DNA of 64,000 bases, taken from Eutreptiella sp. 'Long Island Sound 2002' (Eukaryota; Protista; Euglenida). Made by a program: the position numbers and the translations under genes. The notes below the pieces were generated by a model. That model ran no database searches and was not told where the DNA came from. It was given only the letters and a program-made list of their open reading frames with translations. The stretch's first letter is position 1. Each line of letters begins with the position of its first letter. Location of the stretch: contig OZ038378.1 of the NCBI GenBank assembly GCA_964036045.1, positions 180,606,001 to 180,670,000 of the forward strand, given 5' to 3'. Positions 40,995 to 53,402 of this stretch are shown piece after piece.

Positions 40995-42849
40995 CAACGT
41001 ACAATGTAAGCCTGAAGGGAAAATGCTTTCCTGCACAAACAAAGCCTCCCACCCTTGCAAGTCGTAACACTCGGGCTGCGAATCAAGTTTGATAAAATAT
41101 CACTTCAAATTCGAAAAAAAAGGTTGCACTGAAGAAAATAGAGAGGACCCAAATACCACTACTTGCGAGCCTCCTTTCTGTGCCGTTTCTTGCGCAAATC
41201 CAGAAACGAAGAGGCCTGTTTTGGAGGCACCACACCCAGGGCACGGCGCTTTTTTAATTCATCAACGATCCGCAATGCTTTGGGGTACATGGAGGGGAGA
41301 GACAGGGAGAGGGGGGGTGAGCAGCGAGTGAAACCCGGAAGCCCACGGAAGACGGGGGGCGGGGGGGGGGGGAAGAAGCATCCCTTCCGCAAATCCGGCG
41401 AATCCCCAGTGGCTAAATTTCGCACCAGTGGCTAAATTTCGCACCGGGTTTATTTCACAAAGCGGCCTGAAAATTGAGCGGGAAATTTCGCACACATTTG
41501 AAATACGAAATTTCCCACAACGAAATATTCCCCCAGCGAAATCCCCCCCCCCCTTACCGCCGCATACTACGCAGAATTTATGACCGATCAGTTGCTTGCT
41601 GTACGTCGCCCCAGGCTCTGAAATACACACTGACATACAGAGATCGAATGGTGCCATGCAAATGATGCAAACAAGCAAAATTCTCAATACAATGCATCAG
41701 TCCATCAGTTTGCTGCATGCCCCTACTGCTGAACAGGGACAGTGTAAAACTTCTTTTTCTGGTCCCACATAGTCTTGAACAGCTGCACATGCTGCCCATC
41801 AGCCACGGGGATGGACGAACTGGCTGCAGCAGGCTTCGCTGCAGGCTGCTTTCCACGTTTGGGTGCAGGTTTGGGTGCAGGTTTGGCAACTGTTGGTGCC
41901 TCCAGCTTTGTGGGGATCCACTTTTCCTCTGGGATGTCCCGGGTAAAATACACCTTCACGGAACATTTTGAGAGGTCTGAGGAGTGCAATGGGTTTGCAC
42001 AAAGGAGGGACGCATAAGCTCTAACAACAAGCACTCATAATTATGCAATCCTGTGCAATATGACACTGTTGCGGTTTTTGTTGGAACCAGCCGGTGACGG
42101 TTCCCCCCCCCCAGGGGGGGATGGACACGGGAGGGGGGGATGGACACGGGGGGGGGGGGGGGTAAGTGGGCGGTAGGATCAACATTTTAGGCACACCCAC
42201 CAAACTGCACCCCCCCACCACCCCTCTCAAGAGACACAAACGACAACTGTCAACAAAAGCAGGCTACACACAACAGACATGGCACTTGACACTGCTCGTG
42301 CGAAAAGGTTCGCCTTTATTGGGGATGCTCAAGAAAGGGATTAGGGCAGGCACCAAGATATGTAAAAGAAGACACCAAACTCACACCCTGGTACCAAAAG
42401 TCCATGGCACAAAAGTCTGCACCCAATGAGCGGAAGTACTCAAGAGCCCGGCCCACCTCCTGCCGTCGTTTCACTCTTTCATGGAGAGAAACAAGCAAGA
42501 GCAACCCCCTGCCCCGCACGCTTGAACAGTTGTTGGTTGCGTACGATGGTTCTCTCACAGCCCTGAGGGAGGATGGCAGCAATGGTTCCCTAACCAAGCA
42601 AGGGATGACCTAGGGCCATTTCTTCTTCCCATTGAGGGAATTCACCCTTCCTACTGGCAGGGGCAACCACTACAGGCGCAACACACAGCAACCATTCGCT
42701 ATCCTTGTTCGGACCAACAAATTCCAGGTGCTGCCCCCCTCCTCCCCTCGGGACGGCTACTGTTCAAGAGGGCGGCGAGGTTAAGAAGAAAAGACTGCCG
42801 TGGGCAACCTGACACCATCACACGCTGAGTGGCACGTATCAAGACATAC

Positions 42850-42905
42850 CCAGAGGTTCAAGCTTCTCGAGTTGCTGCAAAAAATCAGAGCTCTCTTCGT
42901 CCAAC
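42850..42905 (-). CDS. DSP-like gene, 56-nt exon (LDEESSDFLQQLEKLEPL; acid-loop region)
   Basis: TAG acceptor and GTATGT donor. Phase 2 to phase 1 fits both neighbouring exons exactly. Confidence 0.7.
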
Positions 42906-45753
42906 CTACGAGTTGTGGGTTCGCCAGCGTCATCTGGAGGTAGCATGGTGTACACCCCCTCCCCATGCGCAGGCACGGCCAAAATCGATGTGGGTTTTCA
43001 GTGAATGCAACTTTAATGGGCCCCAACCCCTTAAGAACCGCTTGCAAAGTTGTGTCAGCACGGCCTTGTCTGAGCATGAGGTCCATGAGTGACTGATGAC
43101 GACATATGAACAACTGTCACAGACATGACCAGACAACAATATGCTCACCAACATTTCATCTTGCATTCTTGACCACACAGCAGTCCAACAGGTGTGGTGG
43201 GTGACATGACTGATGTTACAAACGTGGGTGACTTGGAAGGTACTGCAATGACCCTCGACTTCTTTTGCGCATCCCGCTGTGTACATTGCCAGCTACAGAA
43301 AACAGGACAAAAGAATGGGGTCATAAAATTTGGGCTGGGTGTGTCCAATGCCCAAGTAGGGTGAGAAATAAATGAACATAGGGCCTAACACATGCTGTAG
43401 ATGAGAGATCTGATCATTATGAGTTGTCACAACATAAAAAAGTCGGTTTTGAAATGGACAATTTTTGAGTTATCGAGGGTGAAAAAGTGCTTATGTACTA
43501 GCCCCTTGGAGAGCCCTCCCACACCCAATGCCGAAACCAGTTAAAACAAAACATAAACGAGGGCCTAAAATATGCTGTAGATGGTTGGTGGTTGTGAAGG
43601 GTTGCAATCTCAAAAAGAAAAAAAAGGGGGGAAAAGGGGGAAAGCGGTTTCGGAATTGTCAATTTCTGAGCTGTCAAGGGTGAACTGCTCAAGCAATTTG
43701 TGCACCAGCCCCCTTGGACAGAACCCCCTGTGCCCAACACCTTTCGTATGGTCCAAACCTAGAGAGAGCTGGAGGCTGCAAAACACAACTCTTGGTATCC
43801 TACCATGGGTGCACTGTCACAACATCCCCATTCCCACCCCTGTTTGTGGTAGCACAGGGTCCATGAGGCCGCCAGAGACGACGCAACACTCAAAAGAAAT
43901 GGCAGTGTTGACTACAGTCTGTGCAAAAAAATGGCGGCTTGGTATCGAATGGGCCATGGTGGGCCCTAGCCAAGCCTAGAGGCTGCACAACATATCCTTT
44001 TGCATCCTGCCGTTTGTATACCACCGCAACATCCCCAATCCTACCCTTCTTCAGGGGGACCAGAGGGTCCTTAAGGCCGCCTGAACGACATTCCACCCTC
44101 GTTATAACAAAGAGCACCAGAAACTGAAAGAGCGCTCATCCCACACTGCGTAAGCAACCCCCATAGACTTGAGACCCCCAAAATACTTTTCAGCTCAAAA
44201 TTGAAAAACTCCAAAGAATTCGTGGTTTTATAAAAAAAACAATAAAAAAAGCCTCCCCCCCCCCATTCCCCGCAGTCCCCCTGCTGGCGATAGTTGGGAA
44301 ATTGGGCCCACTGGCAAATTTTCTAGCCAAAACCTGGTAATAACCTATTTTGTAGGTGCCAATCAAGGGGAAAAAAAGCCCCACACCAAAAAAAAGTGAA
44401 AACAAAGTGGCCTATCCGAACCAATATCTCCTAGGGCAGATACGGCCCTAGGTGCTTTCTCAGGACTGAGATGGTCTAACAACATTGCTGCCAATGTCAT
44501 TACAGTCCAGATTGTGGGCCGCAAGGATGATGAAATACAGAGAAAAATGATAATGGACAAGACAGGAAAGGAATGATTTCAGAGGACCACCTAGCACTGC
44601 AAGAGCAAGACATTGTGATATGAAGGAAGTCTAAGCAAGCGTCCATGGCGGTCTGCGGCTCCATGTACAACAATGGCTATCCCGACCCTCGAGTCAGCCG
44701 CTTGTGAGCTGTGTCAGAGGTGCCACTCACAATGCAGGAGAGACACATCTGCACACTCTGCCAGTGATGAGGATGAGTGTCAAGCACGGCGTCATCTGAG
44801 CACACTATGCCCATCCGACCGTCGGTTTCCGTCTCACAGGGAGGGGGAGAATATTGCACGTGGTCTATTTCGTGGGAATAAATTTCGCTGTGGGAAATTT
44901 CGTGGTGGGTCCCAGAAAGCACATTGTCACAGCCACGGGAAATCTTGCCATAGAAACCTCGTGGAACGTCCCATGTCTTACAGGAGCCGTACAATATACA
45001 AGGGAGACCCAACAGCAATCCACAGCCAGTGAGGAGAGTCCAGTTGATCTCAGGTCCCGGGCACATGTTTGAACTTTGACAGTGGAATTCAGTTACACCC
45101 CTGGGAAGCGCAATCTTGGCTCCTTACACAGACCTCCTGGGCCGTGTTCAACATCATTGTTGGCTGTACTACGTGACCCGCTGCATTCGAGACCGCTTCA
45201 CGTGACTGCTCATTTCTCAAAATGTTGTTAGTGTCTGCCACTTCATAAGTACCTTTCTGGTTGTGCAAAATATGGCGGCGGTGAGCAACACGCACCTTGC
45301 CCTATTTGGCGGCCTATTTGAGGGACAAAATTTCCCAGATGAAATAGACACCGCGTGAAATCCCCCCCGGCCCTGTACGTGCTTACGACCTACAGGCAAG
45401 GGGTTGTTGTGGTGTTTGGGCCGCCAGGCAACAGTACTTACTGCAAACCACAAAAAAATAGTCAGAAGCGGGGTGCATGTTTCATAAGCACAAGCGATGC
45501 CTTCACAGGCATGCCCCAGCCGCTTCTCCGCCACCATGCAGCATTTCCTCAGCATGGCCCTACAATCACACCACAACGGCAATCTGTTTAGGAATGACTT
45601 CCGCCGGATCACTGTATTATGTCTGCGCCATTTTGTTGCGCGGTCACGTGTGCGGTCACGTGCCCCCCCCCCCCCCCCCCAAGGGGGGCGACGAGAATAC
45701 TACTGCCTGGACCTAGCTGCACATGGATTTGGTAAAGGAAGGTCAGGCCACAC

Positions 45754-45937
45754 CGCAGGTCGATGTACTGGAAATGTGTGCGGTATGCTGATGGGCAGGC
45801 TGGAAAATTGCAGTTGATGATGACGCTGACATCCTGTGCCAGGAGTTGTGGGATGTTGCAGGAAGCAAACTGCCCTCCAATGAAGATATGCTCTGTAATC
45901 TGTGCAGCAGGGACATTCATCCCAAAGGCACCAAATC
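45754..45937 (-). CDS. DSP-like gene, exon with the N-terminal part of the domain
   Basis: MNVPAAQITEHIFIGGQFASCNIPQLLAQDVSVIINC...FQYIDLR matches the DSP consensus (sqI...lylG...a.....L....It.viN). TTCAG acceptor before 45937 and GT donor after 45754. Confidence 0.8.
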
Positions 45938-48900
45938 CTGAACAGATCAAATAGTAATGCGACCGGGCATTATTCTTCAAAACTCCCTGCATCAAGCCCC
46001 AGAACAGTACCAGTGCCCCTCTAACCACCTGATGGGCACTGCAGCCTTTGGACATGCATTGGGTGCTGGTTGGCATAAATACCCTGGTTGGCATAAATAC
46101 AAAGTGCACATGTTCGCACACGGTGCTCTCTTGGGGATGGCCCAGTCACAGCACACTTGCATTGCAACCCATGGGACAAAACCCCCCTTGTTTGCTGGTG
46201 TCCAGCCGGTGCCTGGACGATGCTAGACAAATGATAATCCTCAAAATCGTCCCTTGGCCCTGACCAGGTTTTGGCTTGTTTCCTCATGCTTGCACGAGTT
46301 GTGTTTTCTCCCTTGCCCTTGCCTTGGGATTCTGAGTCATGAGTGACCAATCAGGTATACTTGGACCACAACACTCCCTTTGAACTTCGCCCCCTACCCC
46401 ATCTCCCCAGCCTTAGCCCTGCCCTCAGAACTTCAATGCCGCGGCCCTATAGAACATTGTGACATTTATTGGCCCCGTCCCTCTCCTTTTTGGGCCCCTC
46501 CCCCCTCACCCTATTCCATGTCAATCCTGTCCACTGATGGCAACCATCAAGCCATGGACAACTGATAGTGCACTGAGTGCATCGAAAATCATCAGGACAA
46601 AGCAGGGCAATTGGCATTCAGACGAGAACTCCAATCAATTTGCAGACTGCGTTGAAAAGAGGCCAAAGCCCTGGAGTCAAACGCACGGTGTCATATCGGG
46701 GTATGCTGCTGCATCTGCACTCTTCTCTCGTCACCGACGTATGGAGAAGCAATCTGTAGTCGGAATATGTGAAGGAGGTCATCATGAGATGCGGTGTTGA
46801 GCTACTGGCGTGCCTGTGTGCCCCCAGAGCGCCATGCCAATACCCATGATACAAAATATTTTCGGCGCCAAAGGGAACACTGTACGAATATTCGCTGAAG
46901 TGTAGCCCCATGTCATCGCCTGCACAGAGCACACTGCGCGCCCATCGTGCGTTACCCCAAAGCCAGATGAGCCACAACGTCCTTTGGTGCCCTTCAAGGG
47001 TAACCAGGAGACCCACCAGGCGCCCAAAAACTGAGAAATGAGCCTGCACTGCAATAAACTACACTCATTAGCCATTTCTTTGCGGGAATATGGGTACCCC
47101 CCCCCCTCAACATTATGTGCGACACATCAATTGGGCAATGGTCAGCAGAGGGAGCTGCACGGCCTTCATAGCCCAGTCATCAACTTCATTGTTTCGAAGG
47201 ATATACTCCCTTCCTCTTCTGGTGTTTGAGGGGGTGGTCTCAATGAGCCATGTTATGCATTTGTATGAGTTGTTTGCATGCCTTGCCCTCATTTTAGTGC
47301 ACTCATGTGTGTTGTAGTGCATCCTTTTCTATAGGTTCGTGGTATCTATCAAGAATTTGGATTTGGATTCTGAGTACATAAATGTGGGCCTCATCAACGG
47401 GAGGTTTACCAGCAAGAATTCCGAACGGCGCATCTGAATTTTTGGAAGGAGGAGAAGCCGGACTATCCCCCTCTCCCGCCTAGAGTGCCCTAAGTTGTTA
47501 GACAGATTTTGAAAGTGGGCAAAGGGAAACACATTCCAAAGGACATGGAAGAGAGTGGGTTTCCCCAAGCTTGCGATGAGGAAGAAACACAGAGGTTGCA
47601 ACAAAATAAGGCATGGAAGAAGTGGAAGGAGGCTGAAAGGGTGGCATCATTCGAGGACCTAGGAGGCTTGGGTGGTGGGTGTTGGGTGAAACATGAGGCT
47701 GTCCAACAATGTGGGGGTGTAGCATGGTCTACATAGGCAAGAATATTGCCAATAGTAGCAAAACCCCCTCAATTTCTCCCCAGCATATGCGCGCTGTGCG
47801 CGTGTTGTGCTAGGACGCCCCCTATGTTGTGAGTCCCAAGAACTGGGCTTGGGTATGGTCCTGCACAAACTTTGTGCACAGCGCGAGAGGGCACCGTGCT
47901 CAAAACACCCCCATAGAGGGAACATTTGCCCGGCGCCCACCGAGCGTGCCCGGCGTCCAAATCAATGTTCCAGCCATCTATCTCAATGCATTACCGCCAT
48001 ACAGTACTCCCTCATTGAGCCCAGGAACCATAAGAACAAGTGACACAAGGTTGCCCGCCTGAGATTGCACGATAATGCACACTGAAAACATATTGTGGTT
48101 TCTAAAATGGGAACAAACAAATAGAAGCCCCATACAGAGCCCCCCAAGAATGTATCACCATCATAATGAGTTGAAGGGTGCTGAAACGCACCGCGCACTG
48201 CACCACGCGCACTGCGCACACGTTAGAGGATGCAACGCTTTAGTGCAATGACACCCTTTCAGAAGGTAGGCAGGGACGCGGAGAAAATACATTGAAATGT
48301 GAAAATTTTGTGTATGCATTATCACCACTTCCCCCTAGATAATGCCCCCAAAGTGTGTTTTACCCATACACACCAATAGCATCACCCAACCATTGCATAC
48401 AGTGCACACCGGATATTGGGCACGCCGGGCTGACGTCGCACCGCGCGGTCAGCACCCTTTTGGAGTGGGAGAAATTTGGGGGGAAATAGGGGGAAACTTT
48501 GCCCAGCGCGCTAATGTTCCCTCATAAATAGCGTTCTTGTGAGAAGACTGTGGAACCATTGTGTTTGTAAAACCATGTGGTGGCATTCACGATGTGGTTC
48601 TTAGTGACACCCGTCCACGACAGCCTGCTTATCTACTGTAAGACTGTAAGACTGTCACAAAAGGGATCCAATACATAGCCAGGGGTAGTTGCATGGTGTT
48701 CCATGGGCATTTGATGACTACCCCACCACCTCCTTGCATTAGGAGCAGCAGTAATGTCATGCTGCAATGCATGGATGGTCTTGTTCTTTCAGGGCACTGG
48801 ATGAGACAAAATTGTTCACAGATCTGTGACTATGTGCGTGCCTGTGGTGCTCCGTGATGCTACGTTTTTCCGAAGGATTTGTGGGCTGGTAGCTGTGACA

Positions 48901-50314
48901 GGTGCAAGACGCGCACAGTGCAAGTGCCCCTCCTTTGTTGCAAACATCCGGCGCCACACACCGGAAGAAAAGTTTTCACATGCACAAAAAAAATTTACTT
49001 GCTTTGCTTGCAGGCATTGATTTCACCAGGGTTGTGGGTCGTTGTGCAACCCAACCGTTGTGCAAGGGAGGGCACACTACTGCTCAGTTGCCTAAGCATT
49101 GGACTTGCACCGAACTGCCCATGAGCCAACACAAGGCAACATCCCAAGCAAATGAGCAAGCAAGCACAGCACTTTCTGCATCACTTTCATTAAATGCTGT
49201 GACTATTCGGCTTGTCCAAAAGGGTCAGCGACCTTCTCACCCCCTGCCCAACCCTCTCCGACCCTGCGCAGTTCCTTCTGAAAATCACCACAGCTCCGGT
49301 GCGTGGCACGAAAGTGGCCCTGTCTAATTCTTTGGGCTGACCTTCTGTGTTGTACGAAGTATTGATCCTGTTCTAAGGTACCCAGGTAGAACCTAAATGA
49401 TATACACACCAAGATTTAGTAGTAGGGCTGTCACCCTGAGGTGAGAGTCCATTTGCGGGCTATTGCCCTGGCCTTTCGCAAATATATGCATGACCCAGTA
49501 CAGCTGAGCAGCAGTGTTCACTGAGCAGACCTTCTACACTCAATTGACAGACCCGTTGCATGGGCCACAATTGCAGCGTGGCAAATAGCACTGCGGTTTA
49601 TACAAAGAATTACATATAAGTAGAAATATATGGAGCACGACCAAGACTTAGAGGGAGTGTTTGCCCTGCGCGCGCCCTACACGCTACTTTTATGATGACT
49701 TTGGACTTTCCCCGATTGAGTCCCCAAGTTTACTATTACCATATGGAGCCCCGGAGTAGACCAATAGCTGCCTCTTGCCTACCAAATAAAGCAACAAACC
49801 ATCCATGCACAACATTGAACAAGAAAAGCAAATCTGAATCACCTTCACAACTTTGTTCCACCAAGTTTGTTCGCTCACGTTGAACGCAGGGGATGGTGGG
49901 GGTGAGTCCCAACTAGGGATACCAAAGGAGATGGCATCCATGGGGCAACGACCCACACCCCATCTTGATGATATTCCAACTCCACATAACCTTCGTCGGA
50001 ACGGCCAACCACCTTCGCGGGAACACGAAGTCCAGTCGACCTAGTGTAAAACACCTTGTCCCCAATGTCCAAGTTCATATCAAATGTCAAAAGAGGTCTA
50101 AGGACGCAAGCAGCAAAAATTGATCTCCCGCAGCAAACACGCTGAATGTATCACCATATTACCAACTTAGCGTGCCCGTTTCACAATGCACATGGACACA
50201 TACACACAACGCAACGAAACACAGCCCAGGATAACGCAACATCACACAACGCAACGCCAAAAGTGTAACAAAGATTGTCCCGGTTTCCTCAATAGCACCG
50301 GAAGGTTGGGGCCC

Positions 50315-50612
50315 AAAAGAGGGCAGAAATGCTACGCCATCCCTGCATTCTCAGGGATCCCGAAACAAAAGGGGACAAAATCAGAATTGGCTGCCTCACC
50401 CCTACCTTCTTGGGGGCCCAAAAGCGGGTGGAAATGCTATGTCACCCCTGCATCCTCGGGGGTCCCCAAACAAAGGGGGACAACATTAGAAGTAGCTGCC
50501 TCAACCCTACCTTCTCGGGGGCCCAAATGAGGGCGGAAATGCTACGTCACCCCTGCATTCTCGAGGGTCCCCTACAAAGGGGACAAAATCAGAATTGGCT
50601 GCCTCACCCATA
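50315..50612 (+). repeat. Tandem copies of the same satellite family as 24405-24790
   Basis: Repeated GGCTGCCTCACCCC / GAAATGCTACGTCACCCCTGCATTCTC / GGGGACAAAATCAGAA. Confidence 0.85.
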
Positions 50613-51815
50613 GGGGTAGGGATCGGAAATGGCCCAAAAAGTTGCCCTGCGCGCGCTCTGCGCGCTAACGCTCCCCATTAAGTCTGTTCACGTGGGCCCT
50701 ACCATGTGCGACAACAGCCCGGAGTTGCGGAATTCTGTTTGGCCCCTAACCGCCGGTCCGACCACAACCCCGTCGCAACGGCAACACCGCCCCATGGCCG
50801 GGAGTGCCGGCAGATGCCGGCTGTCATGCCCAGGCCCAGGCTGCCACAACCCCGTGGGGTACGGCCAGAACTGGAAGCGCGGTTCTGCTGCCCAGCTTGA
50901 AAATTGCGTCCGAACTCGTGAAATTTTGACGAAAACCGCGAGACATGAGCTAAGTATTCGCAAGCATAGCTGCAATACCTTTCTGCGGCGGCAGTTCACA
51001 CTGCTACAGGGCCCCGCCCCTTTTGCGCAACTACTGCCAGAAGCATTCAAAGGTGCGGAAACAACGCCGAGTGTTGTCTACGAGTGACATCTCCTCTAAC
51101 CATGCCAAATGGTTTGGACATCTTGCAGAGTTGTAGAACATCATGTTGATAAGTATGAGGCGTTGGACTCATCATCCCAAAGCAGCAATGGATGCTACTG
51201 CTTACAGGCACTATCAAGGAACGCAAGCGCCCAATTCCATAGTCCCAAAAGGTTCTAACGCTTGGTGGTGTCTGGACAAGGCGGATTGTTTGTGCACAGG
51301 GATAGGGTGGGGCTCAGTGCACTGTAGACTCTCTCCCCATTGTTAACAGCAACTCAATGCAGGGAAAGAGTGTGCTTGTTATCCTTTCCATCGACAGGCA
51401 AATGCAAGGCCAAACGGCACAAGTGCGGTCTGACCAGGCTCCCATCGTTCAACAAGTGGGTCAGAGGTCGCGCATTTGCGGAACAGGAACCTCAAACACA
51501 CTTCACCCGCTTAAATGCTACGCTTGAACGGACCAAAAACCTTTCTGGTACATTTCTGGCTACAACATCTGCCTCTCTCCACATGTCCTCTGATCATGCG
51601 CTGCTTTGACCTACAAATATGTGCTTCTACTGAACCAGCAGCGCAAAAATCCATGGGGTCAAAATACGCAGTCCAGCGAGGTCCTGGGTAATGGAGGCGA
51701 CCTTGTGGGCATCCCATTTGTGTTCGACTTCCTCCTCATGGAGTAGGCTCTGCATATGTTGTACAAATGGGACAAGTTGTGAGCACAACTTCCTGCGTCC
51801 CCGAGGATGGACAGA

Positions 51816-51820
<5 letters not shown>

Positions 51821-51864
<44 letters not shown>
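51821..51864. repeat. (GA)n microsatellite
   Basis: Seen directly. Confidence 0.95.
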
Positions 51865-51865
<1 letters not shown>

Positions 51866-53003
51866 GACAGAGTGAAAGAACGGGTGGAGGGAGAGAAGAC
51901 AGGGAGAAAGAAAATGGGAAACGACAACAAAGAGGAGGGAGTGAGACGGCCGAAAGGGAGAGGAGAGGTAGGAGAATGAGAGAGAAACACAGAGAAAGCC
52001 ACAGGCATAGGCTGCTGCCCCAGAGCACAGCACCCTGATGCTGCCCCGAAGCATGGCATGGATGGTGCTACACAGTGAGCGTATATAAAAACAAACGAGG
52101 ACGGGACCTGAGCATAAATTCCGAAGGGCAGGCATCACAACTCAACGATCAGAATATCTTTGGCAATGAGACATGGTACCCACCCACTGTGAAGGCCCCG
52201 CCGAGGGGGAAGGGGCAGGTACGCAACAGTGTCATACAGTTGGAGGGACTTGGGAGGCATACAACACAACGGACTCGGCCATGCTGCTGCCAGTTGGATC
52301 GCATGCTGCACACCATGGTGTAGTGCTGCAAAGGCAAGCCCTGCTGCATCAGGAAAGGCGGACTTCAATTCACCCACGCCAGCCCGGGTACAGCCTGACA
52401 GTCCCGGACGAGTCCAGGAGGGCTTGGACTCACCCCCATCAAGGGCGGGAGAGTTGGGGGTGGTGTGCTGCTGCGCACACTTTCCAGCGGCAGAGTGCAC
52501 TGGGGGCGGGGGCCAGGGGGTTCCGAAAGCCCGAGTAATCGTGCATCAGATCTCTTGCACTGACACACAATTTACGTAACAGACGGGCAGACGAGGCTGC
52601 ACAGGATGACCCGTTGGCTTGCGGGTGGATGGCAAACACAATGAAAACTGCCACCATGCTGCATGGTCCCGAGTGCTCGCAAGTCGATACGATGTGGCAC
52701 ATCGCCACATTGCTTTGGTGGTCCACAATCTGGCCAGCGCCAAATGCACCTGCCATCACAATGCCCTGTGACTTCTGTTGCATTAGCAGCAGTCGAGCTC
52801 AACCACGATGGTACTTTGCTCTGTCCGTAAAGATGAAAGTTCAATGCAGCTGTACTGTATCTGTGGGGGCAGAAACACTGTACCTGCCTGCAGGACTTCG
52901 GTTTCCGGATTAGCTGTCCCCCCAAGCGGGCCTGGTCAGCTGACCTACACCGTTTTTGTGACCACAGCTTGCGGATGGAGTGGGGTCATTTAAGGCTGGC
53001 CAG

Positions 53004-53402
53004 GGCGGGAAGAAAATTGCTCTGCGGAGGGGGGGGGGGGGTGACACGGAGGCCCATTTTCCCAACCCCCCCCCCCTCCTTGGCCGCCGTGACAGGGGGG
53101 GGTTCAGGGCGGGGGTGCCCGACCTACCGTGCCGGGGGGGGGGGGGGGGAAACCCAACATCTATGGCTCAAAATGATACCCACGTCGCGCTGATCATTTT
53201 GACTACTCAAATGGGGGGGATTATTGGTGGAAAAAACTTTTTGGGGCGAAAATTTTTGTTCCTGCGCCTTCGGCGCCAACATCCGTTCTTACACAAAACA
53301 AAGGGCCCGACACGGAACCCCATTTCTCCAACCCCCCCCCCTCCTTCGGCGGGCGTCCATGTCACCCCCCCCCCCCCCCCGCAGAGCAATTTTCAGGTCG
53401 CC
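53004..53402. mobile_element. ~400-bp MITE, PIF/Harbinger-like
   Basis: Terminal inverted repeats GGCG....GAAAATTGCTCTGCGG(G)nTGAC at both ends, flanked by a CAG direct repeat (53001-53003 and 53403-53405). A CWG target duplication is known for some Harbinger elements. Confidence 0.6.
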
